Positions 14,001 to 28,180 are shown, numbered from the whole stretch's first letter. The stretch is DNA of 63,993 bases, filler included, from Microthyrium microscopicum (GCA_010405405.1; 4 parts of 4 records of this genome joined end to end with filler, not necessarily neighbours in it), one strand, 5' to 3'. Notes: generated by a model not told the origin, from the sequence alone. Numbers and translations: made by a program.

Positions 14001-14830
14001 AAGTATATTATTTCTTAAGGTAAAAGGTCTTACTATAAAGGATAGTCTCTATATAGTACTAGTATATAGTAGTATTACCCTATATTCTATATACTAACTA
14101 TATTTATTTAAATCTAGGTAGCTTTTATCTAGGCTTACTAAGTATTATTTACTTAACTTCTATAATAAATGCCTATACTGCTAATTCTACTATAATTTTA
14201 AGGGCTTTATTAAGGTTTCTATTTATAAGTACTACGCAAAAGATATTATATTAGATAATAAAGGCTATAAAGGTAGGTTTAATAAGGTAAAGGATATTAG
14301 GAGAATTAGGTCTAAAAGGCATTTTATAGAATAATATAATAGTTTATTATAACTTATATATAAATAAGTTAATAATTTAAATTATATAGAAATAGTTATA
14401 TATCTTATATTATAGGAATCTATCTACGTTTTTACGTCTAGATATATATTTATTCTTATTATATATATACTAAACTCCTATCTACTACTAAGGCTATATT
14501 AACTTAGTCTTAGGCTCTATAAGAATAAATAGTAATTCGTACCTATTAGGTACGCTTTTTTATGCCTAATATAGTTAATAATAAGTTTTCTAATTTCGTA
14601 CTAGAGTTCTAAATAAGGACTATTTACTAATAGTTAATCTTTATTTATAGCATGTTATTTATATAATTAAAATCTAATATAGATATTTTATTAGCTAATT
14701 AATTAATTATACGCTAAATTTAGTTTTTAGTTAGTTAAGGTCTAAGTATACTAACTAGTCCTTTAATCTATTCTAGAATCTTAGTAAGCATATTTGTATA
14801 ATTATTTTACTAGCTACTTAGCTTCTATTC
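11100..14830 (-). pseudogene. Large unknown gene relic, with a possible Cys/His cluster and an acidic tail; boundaries approximate
   Basis: A long protein-like minus-strand frame runs at ~13830-12900 (e.g. KFLKTIKPSKEAKKTR*RIPYSF). A run of TAT codons at 13296-13200 is compatible with RIP-converted TGT/CAT. The region is duplicated at 36874-40137 and 48905-49272. Confidence 0.45.
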
Positions 14831-15199
14831 TTCTATATATAACTCTAAGTTAGTAAGAAGGTATATTAAAGGTATTATAAGTACGTTAAAGAGAATAATA
14901 TCTTCTAACTATATACTTTTAGTATAATTAGTTATATCTAACTTATCCTTATTAAGATACTTATTAATAATTTATTAAGTATATTATATAAGCTATAGCG
15001 TATAATAAGAAAGTATTTTATATATAGGTACTTTAATATTAGCTACGTCTAGTTTAAAGAATTAGGTACTATTTAAGTTAATAACTTATTCTGCCTATAC
15101 TACTAAATAGGTTTACTTATTCTACTTAAGAACTTAGACTTATAGTTAGACTTCCTTATTATCTTTAAATACTTATATAATTTTATTAGAATTAGCTCT

Positions 15200-17640
15200 A
15201 ATAAAGTAATATACTTTTTGTTATATAATTTTATTACTACGTTTCTAACCTAATGCTACTAGTTATATACTTTAAAGCTAAAGGTTTTAGAATATATCTA
15301 GTTTATTAATAAGGGTTTAGCTAAATATAATAATTATATACCTAAACTTTTACTATAAAGTTAGTATATAGTTAGGTAGTATATATTGCCTTAGAGTAAC
15401 TATATTTACTTTTAGGGTAAACCTAATATTCTTAGTCTTTAAGAATATCTAAATATAAGACTTAATAATATATATAATAGCTAAGAAGAATTATTACCTT
15501 TTCTTTATAATTAATACCTTATCTAGACTAATAATAGTCTAGATCTCCTTATATATATTAATAGCTTAAGTAATAAATTATTAATAAGGTAGCTTATACT
15601 ATACTAGTTTTATACTAAGTAGCTATATAGTAGAATCTAAAAAGTCTATTAAAAATAGAACAAATTACCTATTAGATTATATTTTAATAGCTAATATTAA
15701 TACTATAGACTCATTAGACTCTTTAATTACTATAACTATAAATCTATACTAAATTAGTTAAGAAATAATAAAAATATTAAGTCCTCTTAGTCCTATAGCC
15801 TCTTTATCTATTAGACGTCTAACCTTTTATAAGAAGAAATCTAGAGAGTAGTTCCTCTAAAGATTAATAGCTTCTACTTTAAGTCATTTTAGCAATTTTA
15901 TCTTATTTTAATATAATATATAGTACTTATAAAATACTTAGCGCGTATATACTTAATAATAAAGTTCTCTAATAAACTAAGTAGTCTAAATATACCTAAA
16001 AAAGTTATATAGAAAAGTAGCTTAGATAAAGGCAATCTTAATCTTAGTTTCTTTCTTATATTAATAAGTAGCATATAATAAATAAAGAGCCTAGGATTAA
16101 ACAACTAGTTATTAAAAAGTTAAAGCTAGGTATAATAAGTTAAGGACTATAAGTACTTAAGCAATTTTAGGTTATAGCACTAGAATTATATTACTCTAAA
16201 TAAAATATAATTATTTTAGCTAAATCATTCTATATTATTTTATAATAGTATATTCGTTAAGTCCTAGTTAAAAATATATCTTAGATTTTTTAAGGTTAGG
16301 TTAAGCTATAGTAATATATTTACGCTATATGCTACTATCTTTTATAACTAGATTACTAAAAATTAACTTAAGTATTTAAATATAAATAACTATAGTAGCT
16401 AAGTATTACTATTATGCTATATTAGTAGCTTATTTATAATATAAGTTAATTATTAGTAGTAGTAAATATTAGGTAGTAAGGAGAATTAGCTATAGCTATC
16501 TTTCTATAGATTTCTAGATAAAGTAGTTAACTTTAGACGTAAAAAGTATTTAATATAGGGAATATTTTAAGACGTTAGAATTAGTATTAGTAAGCTATAT
16601 CTAGTATAAATATAAGTATATATATTATAAATTTAATTACTATAGATTATCTTAGAATATAATATAGCATTCTTATTATTTTCTTAAAGGTCCCTATTTT
16701 ATATAGACTACTTATACTAATTATAAAAGATATTAACTTAAAATTAGTACTTAATGCAAACTCTAAATATACTACTTTTACTAGCTTAATAGCTAGTATA
16801 TACTTAGGTAGTAGCCTTCTATAACTAGTAGATAGTTATTTATATAGGTTGCTTAAGTATATAGTATTTTCTAATCTAGTCGCGTTATTATCTAGTAGGT
16901 CTAAAGTTATCTATATAGTATGAACTAAGTTACTCTAAACGATTATATTAAAATAGTATAAGACCCTTATAAATAATACTAAAGATTTCTTTATAAATTA
17001 TATATACTTTCCTATTTACTAGGCTAGCCTTATATATTAAACTATTAGGCTTATAATAAAACTTATAACTACTTACTTTATTAGTAAAAAACTATAGAAA
17101 CTACTTAGGTTAGATCTTATTACTAGTATTAAGATTACTATAATACTAAATCTAATTTTTACTATATTCTTATTTTAATACTAGCGTAATACCCTTAGTA
17201 AGAAGTTTATTACTATAAGTATCTTAGCAAAATAGTATATCCTTATATATAAGATTAATATATAAATAGCGTAGTCTAATAAATAAAAGATTAAAATAGT
17301 AATTTATATACTCCTAGTAGTTACTAAATCCTTAGACAAGGTTATTAGCTTTCTATAATAGTTTGCTATTATATAATATAAGTATAAGAATAAGATTCTT
17401 AAATATATTTAAACTTATTATCTAATCTAATAAATAGGTTATAATATTAGCTTATTTATCTTTAGGATTTTTAGTAGTAGTATCCTTTTAGCTTAAGTTT
17501 ATACCTTAGAACCTTTTACTATAGTCTAGTATATAATCCTATAAAGATTTAAGGTATTTACCTTAGATTATAAAGGATATATTAGCTAGGCCTAGCTTTA
17601 AGTTATCTTAGTTTCTTATTTTCTATTACGCTATAGCTAT
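15200..17640 (-). pseudogene. Relic of an uncharacterised fungal protein with K.Y..HKEIF...PF...RLE.L and FG.R.E.R motifs; boundaries approximate
   Basis: 17020-16924 reads VNRKVYIIYKEIFSIIYKGLILF*YNRLE*L. 16767-16744 reads FRVCIKY* (de-RIP FGVRIE.R). The listed 68-aa ORF 15898-16104 is in the same frame (663 nt downstream) and is a stop-free remnant of it. Confidence 0.5.
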
Positions 17641-19819
17641 TATATATATATAATATTTATTAAAGGGCATATGCTATAGAACGTTAATTAGACAAATATC
17701 CCTAATAACTAGAAATAGAATATATTAGTGCTACTATTTAAGTTATTTTATATAAAGATACTACTCTTTACTACAAGATATTAAATTAAGAAAATAAACG
17801 TAAATACTAAATCCTAATAATAACCTACTCCTTTAAACAAGAACCCTAAGACAAATATTCTTATACTTATATAGGTTTAGAATAGGCTAGATAATATTAT
17901 ATTCCTAATTAAAAATATAAATAAGATATCTATATTTAATATAATTAGTTTTAAAGTACCTAAAGAACGTTAAGATATTAATTCTACCTTTATATATAGC
18001 TAGTAAAAATAGATAAAGCATAGTACTATCTTAATTATAGACTCTATATATATAAATCTCATTTAGGTTTAGAACCTATAATTATTTAAAACTAAGGCGT
18101 AGCGTCTATTCTTTATTATAAAACATTAAATATTATAGTTTGTATTAGTTCTTAGTTAATAACATATAGGACTTATATACTTAAATAGCCTATATTATAT
18201 TCTTTTCCACTATTATACTATTTAGGAATTATAAGGATATAAGGCTATTCTACTCTTTAGATATTAACCTTAAAGAATAAGTATAGTTTAGCTTAATTAC
18301 ATCTACTACTAGAGGAAGTAAATCTAGTAAAGTAGATAAAGAGGATAAATAACTATTAACTAATAGATAGTTAGTATTAGGATAATTAGATAAATAATCG
18401 TAATATTAGAATATAAAGTTATCTATTTCTTATAATATAAACTAGTAATCTTTAAATAAAAGATAAGGTATTATCTAATAATATAAAATGCCTCTCTACT
18501 AAGTATTATCTTAAGTAGCTATATAAACGTTAGAATTAAGAGTATCTACTATAATATTATTAATATAAGTTATTTCTATTAGTAGTATAGACTATAACTT
18601 ATTACTATAAGATTCTTTATTATTACTATATTAGAATAAGGAGATATCTAGGCTGTCTATATATTTAGTANNNNNNNNNNNNNNNNNNNNNNNNNNNNNN
18701 NNNNNNNNNNNNNNNNNNNNNNNNNNNNNNNNNNNNNNNNNNNNNNNNNNNNNNNNNNNNNNNNNNNNNNNNNNNNNNNNNNNNNNNNNNNNNNNNNNNN
18801 NNNNNNNNNNNNNNNNNNNNNNNNNNNNNNNNNNNNNNNNNNNNNNNNNNNNNNNNNNNNNNNNNNNNNNNNNNNNNNNNNNNNNNNNNNNNNNNNNNNN
18901 NNNNNNNNNNNNNNNNNNNNNNNNNNNNNNNNNNNNNNNNNNNNNNNNNNNNNNNNNNNNNNNNNNNNNNNNNNNNNNNNNNNNNNNNNNNNNNNNNNNN
19001 NNNNNNNNNNNNNNNNNNNNNNNNNNNNNNNNNNNNNNNNNNNNNNNNNNNNNNNNNNNNNNNNNNNNNNNNNNNNNNNNNNNNNNNNNNNNNNNNNNNN
19101 NNNNNNNNNNNNNNNNNNNNNNNNNNNNNNNNNNNNNNNNNNNNNNNNNNNNNNNNNNNNNNNNNNNNNNNNNNNNNNNNNNNNNNNNNNNNNNNNNNNN
19201 NNNNNNNNNNNNNNNNNNNNNNNNNNNNNNNNNNNNNNNNNNNNNNNNNNNNNNNNNNNNNNNNNNNNNNNNNNNNNNNNNNNNNNNNNNNNNNNNNNNN
19301 NNNNNNNNNNNNNNNNNNNNNNNNNNNNNNNNNNNNNNNNNNNNNNNNNNNNNNNNNNNNNNNNNNNNNNNNNNNNNNNNNNNNNNNNNNNNNNNNNNNN
19401 NNNNNNNNNNNNNNNNNNNNNNNNNNNNNNNNNNNNNNNNNNNNNNNNNNNNNNNNNNNNNNNNNNNNNNNNNNNNNNNNNNNNNNNNNNNNNNNNNNNN
19501 NNNNNNNNNNNNNNNNNNNNNNNNNNNNNNNNNNNNNNNNNNNNNNNNNNNNNNNNNNNNNNNNNNNNNNNNNNNNNNNNNNNNNNNNNNNNNNNNNNNN
19601 NNNNNNNNNNNNNNNNNNNNNNNNNNNNNNNNNNNNNTAAAGTAAGAATAGGTCCTTTACTAGTAGTATATAGTAGAATAACGACCCTAATAGGAAAGTA
19701 AGTATATTAGTTAAGATATTAGGAAAGACTTATAAAATATAGATAAGTTCCTTATTATTCTAAATAGCTTTATTTACTTTAATTTTACGTTCTATCTTAT
19801 TACTTATTCTATCTTACTA

Positions 19820-20885
19820 CTTATATTAGGGTTAATAGTAACTTCTTTATCCTATACTAGCTTATATATAGTAATTATTACTAAGTAGAATATACTAACT
19901 ATTCTTATAGGTAGCAAGCTAAATTACATTACTTATAACTATATCTAAGGTAAAGAAGGTAAATATAGTAGTAAAGGACATAGTAGCTATAAAGAAGGAG
20001 GACGTAGCAGCTATAGCAATACTAGGCTAAGATTAAGTTCTATAAAAAACCTCTTTGTCTCTAAATTATAGTTACCTATAGGAGCCTATAGTTAAATTAT
20101 ACTTTATACTAGAATAGGGTATTAGGAGTAAATAAGTAGCCTTCTCTACTACTAGCTAGTCCTTCCTAACCTATACTAAGTAACTAGGATTAATAGTAAC
20201 TTCCTTATCCTATACTAGCTTATATATAGTAATTATTACTAAACTAGGCTAAGATTAAGTTCTACGAAAAATCTACTTTATCTCTAAATTATAGTTACCT
20301 ATAAGGAGCCTATAATTAAAATATACTTTATACTTTATAATGCTAGAATAGAGTATTAGGAGTATCTTTATTTAAGTAGATAAGTAAGCTATATTAGTAA
20401 TAGTAAATTAGTCTTAGTAGAACTTCTAGAAGTAGAATATTAAAGAATAGCTCTTTCCTTAATAATAGTAGAGTTAACACTATAGCTATTATACTTTCTA
20501 AGATAACTTTATTAATATTATACGTACCTTTTAGAATAACTTTATTAATATTATGCTTATATAACTCTAAGTAACTATCTCTCTTAAGATGCTATTATTA
20601 TTTTAATACTTAGCTTATTCTAGTTTAATTATATAGTATTAAGTATACTTATTACTCCTTATAGAAAGTCTAAGTTATTAGATATACTATAGATACTTAA
20701 AGGAATAGCTTATAGGTAAGTACTATAGTTAATAAGAGGTAATTAAAACGACTAGAAGTTAAGAAATTACTATTTACCTTCTTCTATACTACTAGCTAAT
20801 CCTTCTTAACCTATACTAAGAGACTAAGGTTAATAGTAACTTCTTCGTCCTATACTAGCTTATATATAGTAATTACTACTAAAGT
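19820..20885. repeat. Modular internal repeats (a ~60-bp module x3 and a ~110-bp module x2)
   Basis: TTAATAGTAACTTCYTTATCCTATACTAGCTTATATATAGTAATTA occurs at ~19832, ~20190 and ~20830. ACTAGGCTAAGATTAAGTTCTA...TATTAGGAGTA occurs at ~20021 and ~20243. Confidence 0.9.
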
Positions 20886-21299
20886 AGATTAAGCTATAGC
20901 TATTAGTCTTTTTAATATATCTTTAATAAGAGGCTATGTCTATAATAATAGAATATATCTATAATAATAGAATATATTACTAATAATAAGAATTAGTAAT
21001 AGCAAGAGATTATATTATTAATAAAAAGATAATCTTTAGTTAGGAATATATATATATTAATAAGAAGAGTATATTAGGTTAAAAAGAGAATAGGCTATCC
21101 TCTATAGTAGATAAGCTCTCTACTAATATTATACTCTATAAGAAGGATAGTTAAAAATATTTTATAGAGTTTTTAGATAAAAGCTACTATACTAGGCCTC
21201 TAAGTTAAAGTCGCTTTTTAAGCTACTATAAAGAATAATTAAACTAATTAGTTATTATATTGCTTCGCTATATTAATTAAAAAGAATATTAAGTAGGTT

Positions 21300-21840
21300 A
21301 TTAGTATAGAAGGTAGCCTAAGTATTTATAAGGATAAAGGTACTATAATCTAAAGAGTTTTATTAATAACTACTCTTTACTCTCTTAAATATTTATTTAC
21401 TCTTGTCCTAAGCGTTACCTAACTTATATTAAAGTATTTCTTTAGCTAAAGTAAGAATAGGTCCTTTACTAGTAAATAAGAAGTTATACTAACGTACTTA
21501 ACGTTATTAAGGAAGAATAGTTAGTAGAGTCTAGTAACTACTTTAATAAATTAAAATAAAGAGTTTATAAACGCTAAGAAGATTCTTTCTACTAATTTTT
21601 TAGTACTTTATCTAATAAGTAATCTTTTTAATACTATCTTATTATTATATCTTGTAGAACTAATAAGTATTAAGTATATAATATTATAGAATATTATCTT
21701 TAATTAGGGTTCTTACTATTTTTATCTATTTAGCAAGTTTAGACTTAGCCTTTTCGTAAAGCTTAGTAAGGAAGCTATTAATAATTTCGTTATTAAGCTA
21801 ATTAAGTAGTTTAAGAGTTTAAAAGTTTTTAATAATAATT
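21300..21840 (-). pseudogene. Ulp1/C48 SUMO-type cysteine protease domain relic (copy in block B)
   Basis: The minus strand reads TLKLLN*LNNEIIN (WLNDEIIN) and then the His, Asp and Cys-region motifs, as in the mirror copy at 61693-62190. Confidence 0.85.
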
Positions 21841-22469
21841 AGAGTTCTACTAATATTTAACTATAGTGTCTACTATAAGAACTACTCTTTATAAGGTAGG
21901 TAGTACTAAAGCTACTTCTAAGTATATTACTCCTACTAATAACTATAAGATTAGTAGTTAGTTTGTACTTAAATTTATAACTAGATTAAGTAAATAAAGT
22001 ATCTATGTTAATTAGTTATACTTATTAACTACTAAAAGCAAACTATTTATTAAAGTGCTTCTACTACTAAGCGCTAAGATTAAACTATAGAGTTTACTAA
22101 GTTCTATAAGTTTAAAAATTGTTAAATTATAGTTTAAACTAGTAATTTACCTAATATAATAATATTAATCTAGTAGGCTTTATCTAGTAAATATTAGACT
22201 AGTTATTTAATACCTCAAAATAGTATTAAACTAAATTACTATATATAACTAAGCCTATAAAAGAGGTTAGTAATTATATAAAGGATTATACTTTTATTAA
22301 AACTTTCTTATATAGAGTTAAAGATATATATCTTAAGCTTTATCTAGGATATCTTATAATTTATATAAACTACTAAAGTAGTATATATATTTCTAAGAAA
22401 TTTAACTTATTCCTATATATTGCTCCTTATTCTATCCTTAATACTAAATATTAAGTTAGTATAGAGTTA

Positions 22470-22700
22470 ATATAGAGTTAGCCTAGGTTAGTATATAGTT
22501 TAAATACTAGCCTAGGGTTTAAATATTAGCCTAGGGTTTAAATATTAGCCTACCTACATATAGAATTAGCTTAGGGTTAGCCTAGGATTAGCCTAGGGTT
22601 AGCCTAAGTTTAAATACTAGCTTAGGGTTTAAATATTAGCCTACCTATATATAGAGTTAGCCTAGGGTTAGCCTAGGGTTAGCTTAGGGTTAGCTAGGAG
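22470..22700. repeat. Telomere-like minisatellite of AGGGTTAGCCT 11-mers and AGGGTTTAAATATTAGCCT 19-mers
   Basis: Direct reading, e.g. GTTAGCCTAGGGTTAGCCTAGGGTTAGCTTAGGGTTAG at 22656-22693. Mirrored at 60815-61070. Confidence 0.85.
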
Positions 22701-23149
22701 TTTAGAGTACTAGAAGTTTAGTCTAGTTAACTTTTTAAGTATAGTTTATTAAATAATACTATTAATATTATATACGTTATTATTATTTATACTTATACTA
22801 GTATTATTTCTATATATATTCTTAATCTATTTATATCTTAATTATAATTATTACTATAGCAAGTTATTATATTCTTATTATTATGAGTTAGTATTAGTAA
22901 AAGAGAGTTATATTAGTAGTAAATATAATAAAGAAGTTAAATATTAAATTCATTAATCTTAATTTAAATTTATTTATTTACTTTAGTATTTAAAGTATAG
23001 ATATTATCCTATAATTTAACTTAAATTATAATAACTATTAGTTGTTAGAATTATAACTCTAATCTTTATTAGAACTTAAACCCTTTAAGTCTATATTATC
23101 CTCTAAGTCTAAGTTATTCTTATCTAACGTATTTAAGTACCTAAGACCT

Positions 23150-23215
23150 TTATTACTATTATTATTATTACTATTAATATTATTACTATTATTATTATTA
23201 TTATTATTATTAGTT
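23150..23215. repeat. (TAT)n tract, probably a RIP-converted poly-Asp run of a small minus-strand gene (~23500-23050)
   Basis: The mirror at 60304-60366 reads AAT AAT AAT... within a frame continuing LDKDNLDLEDN. GAT/GAC>AAT is expected under RIP. Confidence 0.55.
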
Positions 23216-26200
23216 ATAAAATGTTAAGAAGGTTAACTATATATATATAAAATTATAAACGTTTAGATAAAGTTATATAGCTAGTCTATATTATTAGGAT
23301 TAAAATTTTTCTATAATTTAATATCCTATACTATTATATTAGCTAGTATTAGCTCTAGTAAGATTATTAATTATAAGGAGTTACAAAATCTAAGCAATTC
23401 TTTAAGGCATATATCTAGTTTAGCCTATATTTGCTCTTCTATTTACTTTTCTATTATTTTATATAGGTAGTAGGCTTTATATAAAGGACTTATAAGGCTT
23501 ATAATAATAGATATTATAAATATAGATTAAGTATTAGTAGATATAGAAAGAGAAAGATAGAGATTTAGTATATAAGGTATTTATATTTTAATTTATTATA
23601 TAGAATTAGGTAAGGGCAAAGTAACGCTTAGTTGGTTACTATATCTAACCTAAAGACTAGAAGTTACTTACTTATATTAAAGTATTTCCTACTATTACTA
23701 TATCGTCGTAAATAATAATTAAAATATTAAAGTTATAATTATAACGTATAATAAGTTCTTAAGGTTATTAGTATTAATATAAGACTACTATTAAGTAACT
23801 AGTCTATTTTAAGTAAGTAATAGCCTAGTTCTCTAACCTTTTTTATCTATAGTTATTATATAAAAATTAAATGCTAGATTCTAGTTTAGAAAGTTCTAGT
23901 ATCTCTAAGCTAAATCCCTTTAGTCTTAAGTATTCTAGTATATATAGTTATTCTACTTCTAATTTTTAAATTTTATTTATATTAATAACTTATATAACGT
24001 ATACCTTAATATTTCTTTTTATTATAAGTATAATACTATATTATGCTTTCTTTATTACTAAAGCCTAAGAGGTAAATAAAAACTATAGCCTAGGACTAGT
24101 ATACTATAATTCTTTCTTATTATTATAAAGAGGTATATAAAAGTTATAACCCTAAATTAGTATACTACGTTTCTTTTACTATTATTATAAAGAAGTATAT
24201 AAAAAGTATAACCCTAAAGTAGTATATTATACTAAGTTATAGGTTTTATATACTTCTAAGGTTTAATTTAGATAAATATAATAATATTTTATACTTTTTT
24301 TATTATTACCTTAAGAGGGTATAATAGAATTATAGTATAAGATTAATATATATCTTATACTAAGTTATAGTTTTATATTATTTATATAGGTTAATAAGTA
24401 GTTAATTCTTATTACTTAGGTTCTAAACTATAATCTAAATTATAACTTTAGTACTAGGTTATTATTATTATTTAGGTTTTAAGATATATTTTATCTATAA
24501 TTAGGCTTATACTATCTATATAGATAGTACTAATTATTAAGACTTAAAAGTTAATACCTTAAGAATCTATTTAATAGACTTCTCTATTAGAATAAAGTGC
24601 TTTAAACTCTTAGTTCTAAAGGCCCTAGGAGTTAAATACTATTATGCTTCTAGCTAGTTATTTAGTAACTACTTTTATTATTTATAGTAGTTTTAAGGCA
24701 ATCTTAGAGTTTAGTATATACTTAGCTTTATTACTAAAAAAGGCTATAGAGTTATTACGTTTTTGCTAAATAACCTTAGTACTAGCATAGTATTAGTACT
24801 AACTAAGATATAATTTTAGTTTAGACTTATATATAAATAAGAAACTATAGCTAGCTACTTAACTATTTCTAACTAATAGTCTACGTATTATATTTAGTAA
24901 TAGCTTATTAAACGTTAGGTTTCTATAAACTACTTACGTAAAGATAAATATAAAAGTATTTTCTAGTACTATATAAATAGTATTTATTATAACTAACTTT
25001 ATAATTAATATTATTATAGTCTATAGTAAGATTAGGCTAATTATTAAAGATATTAGTAATAACTTTAATTATATAGCTACTATAACTAAATAGAGCTACG
25101 TTCATATTAAATTTTGCTATAAAAGCGTAACTAAATAGCTATATTATAAGTATTAATAGCTAGATATAAATAGAAGATACTATTATTAAATCTTACTATT
25201 AGTATATATACTATAATACTTTACGTACTTACTTCCTAATTAATAATATTAAAAGCCTTAACTATAAAGTCTTACTAAGTACTTAATATAGCAATATAGC
25301 TAAAATAAGGTTTATAAATTAGTATATATAGTAAGACTTTCTATATAAAATTAACTTACTTATTTACTTATTTTATATATTATTATAATATAAACTATTA
25401 TAAAGAGTAGAGAGTAGAAAAGAAAAGAATAAAAGTAGTAGAATAAAAAAGAAAAAGAGAAATATAGAATAAGAAAAGTAAAGAAGGAAGCTATAAACAT
25501 AAGTAATATATATATTAAGCTTAGCTAGTATATAAGTAATACTATAATTACCTTTATAAGTAATATAGTAAACTAGTACTACTTTAAAAATAATAGTTAA
25601 CTTTATATATAAGTATAGAAGCTAGAAACTAAAAAGAAATATTAAATATTAATATTAAGAGTTAAAGTAGATATAAATAAATATATAGATACTAGTAAGT
25701 ATCTTTATACCTAAGGTAATAGTAGAACCTTATAGAAATTAATATAAGAAATATAGTTTACTTAAGCTAATCTATCTATAAATACGCCTCTAAGCTTTTT
25801 ATCTAAGTCTTATAATAAGATTAATATATTATTAAAAAATATTTACTAAATATATTATTTCCTATTTATTTCTAGATATAGAAAATAGTCTCTAAATAAG
25901 GTTAATTAATCTAGAAATAATAAAAAACAATATTAGAATAGAGTATAGTTCTTATACTTTTAAAAATAAGATACCTTAACTAATATTAAGCTTTATTACT
26001 AAGACGTACTACTAAATTTAATTTAGCAACTAACTATAATACTAAAAAAGGAAGTACTTAAGTACGTATTAGTATTAAAAGTTAAAGTAGATAGGAGTTA
26101 AGGTAGATAAGAGTTAACGTATATAGGAGTTAAAGAGCTAGGAGCTAGAGCTAGAAGCTAGGAGCTAGATTAGGAAGTAGATATTAAATATATATACTAG

Positions 26201-26624
26201 TAGTTAAAGCTAATAAAAGCTAGGTACTAGGAGTAGTATATATTAAATTTTAGTATTAGGAGTAGATAATAAATATTAATATTAGGAATTAAAGCAAATA
26301 GCTAGGAATTTTTTTAGAGAATTTTCTTAGGTTTATTTTAACTCTAGCGTATTTTTACTAGGTAAATTTTAGGTAAGAGGGTTTAAGTAGAGCTAGAATT
26401 AAGGTAGATAGTAGCTAAATATTAGTAGTAGTAGCATATAGTAGTATATATTTAAAAACTATAAACCCTAACCCTAAATTTATCCTAACTTTAGTACTAT
26501 AATTTAGTCTAAAATTTTACTACGCTAGCATAATAGTAGCATATAACTCTACTATTATATAAAGTTAAGGTTATAGGTTTAAATCCTACGTATAGTAGAG
26601 TTACCTATTTAATCTTTATAAAGA

Positions 26625-26920
26625 ACGTTTTTTTTTGCTATAGTAAAAAAATATAGAAAATAAGTAGCTTAATAAGCTAAGTATAGATATATTATCTATT
26701 TATTTTTTAGCCTTATATTAGTAGAGATAAAGATAATTTTATATATTTTAGTAACCTTAGTAGTAGCAAAGTTACTAAGTTAATCCCTATAGAGGATATT
26801 TTTTTACTATAGTAAAAAGATATAGAAAATAAGTAGCTTAATAAGCTAAGTATAGATATATTATCTATTTCTTTTTTAGCCTTATGTTAGTAAAGATAGA
26901 GGTAATTTTATATACTTTTA
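26625..26920. repeat. 169-bp tandem duplication
   Basis: TAGTAAAAARATATAGAAAATAAGTAGCTTAATAAGCTAAGTATAGATATATTATCTATTT occurs at 26641 and 26810. Mirrored at ~56740-57030. Confidence 0.9.
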
Positions 26921-28180
26921 TAATACTTTTAGGTAGAGGTAACCTTAGTAGTTATAAGTAGATATTAGGATATATTAAAATTAAATAGCTAAATTCTTCT
27001 ATAATTAGTATATATAACTTTATTAACATTAAAAAGGTAATATAAGTCTTAGAACAAAGATATACTATAGAAGTTATTAATATCTAGTAAAATATAGCGC
27101 TAAAGTTATATAGTAAGTAAATAGTAAGGGCGTATTAAATTTTATAGCTAATATAATTTACTAAATAGTTATTATATAAGAATAATATAAAGTAATTTCG
27201 TACTAAGTAATAGGAACTACTTTAATATACTTACTAATCTTATATAGACTAGTAAATTTATCCTTATTATTATACTCCTATATCTTAATACACCTTAACG
27301 CTTTATAAGTCTAAGCCTTTATATCTAAGTAGTATTAATACTAAAAGTATAGTAGACCTAAAGAAGGTTTATATAGTAGAAGAATATAGAGTATATATAG
27401 AGTAGTATTATTAGTAAAATAAAAGGGCTTATTACTTAATAACTCTCTAAGTTTTTCTAGGATATATTCTAAGCTACTTTAGTTAGTTAGTATAACAAGA
27501 TTAGTATTAATATTAAGCTCTATTAAGCGCATCTACTTTAATATATCTTATAGTCCTTTTAGAAACTTACTTATCCCTCTAAGGGCTAATTTATTAAAGT
27601 GCTAATTATATATATATTTATTATAGTTTTGCTATATTTTATAAGTAGTATATTACTATTATAAGTCTTTAACTAGTATAATTAATAGTAGAATAGGTAG
27701 TTTCCTTTTATATAGAGTTTATTATTAAGGAATATAAAAGAATAGTATTTCTATAATTACTAAGTAGGAAAAAGTAGTAGTATTAAAGAGTAAAGTTAGT
27801 AATATTTTAGTTTAGGATTAGGTAAGGATTTAGCTAGAGTTAAGGAGACTAGCAAACCCTATAATAATATACTCCTTCCTCTATTTTTTATATCTTAATT
27901 GTTATCTATACTATCTTCTTTAGTATATATAAATTATTTAATATTTACTATAATAAAGTAGAGTAGTACCTATTATTACTATATCCTAGTCTTATAATAA
28001 GGTACTAAAGAGCTATCTAAAGTCTATAACCTAGTTATTTAGTAGTCTTATATTATAATAGTTAGTAACTATAGTACGTAGAGTAAATATATTTATTTAA
28101 GACTATTAACTTTTAGCTTAATTATAGTATAGCATAATATAGCATAGTATATTAGTAATCTAAATATTACTATAGGCTTC

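Noticed and set aside
15898..16104. 68-aa ORF from the track as a functional gene
   Set aside because: It has a non-ATG start and RIP-biased I/L/K/Y composition. It is a stop-free remnant of a larger dead reading frame.
22470..22700. True telomere or interstitial (TTAGGG)n
   Set aside because: The units are 11- and 19-mers with CCT inserts and lie internal to a duplicated element.
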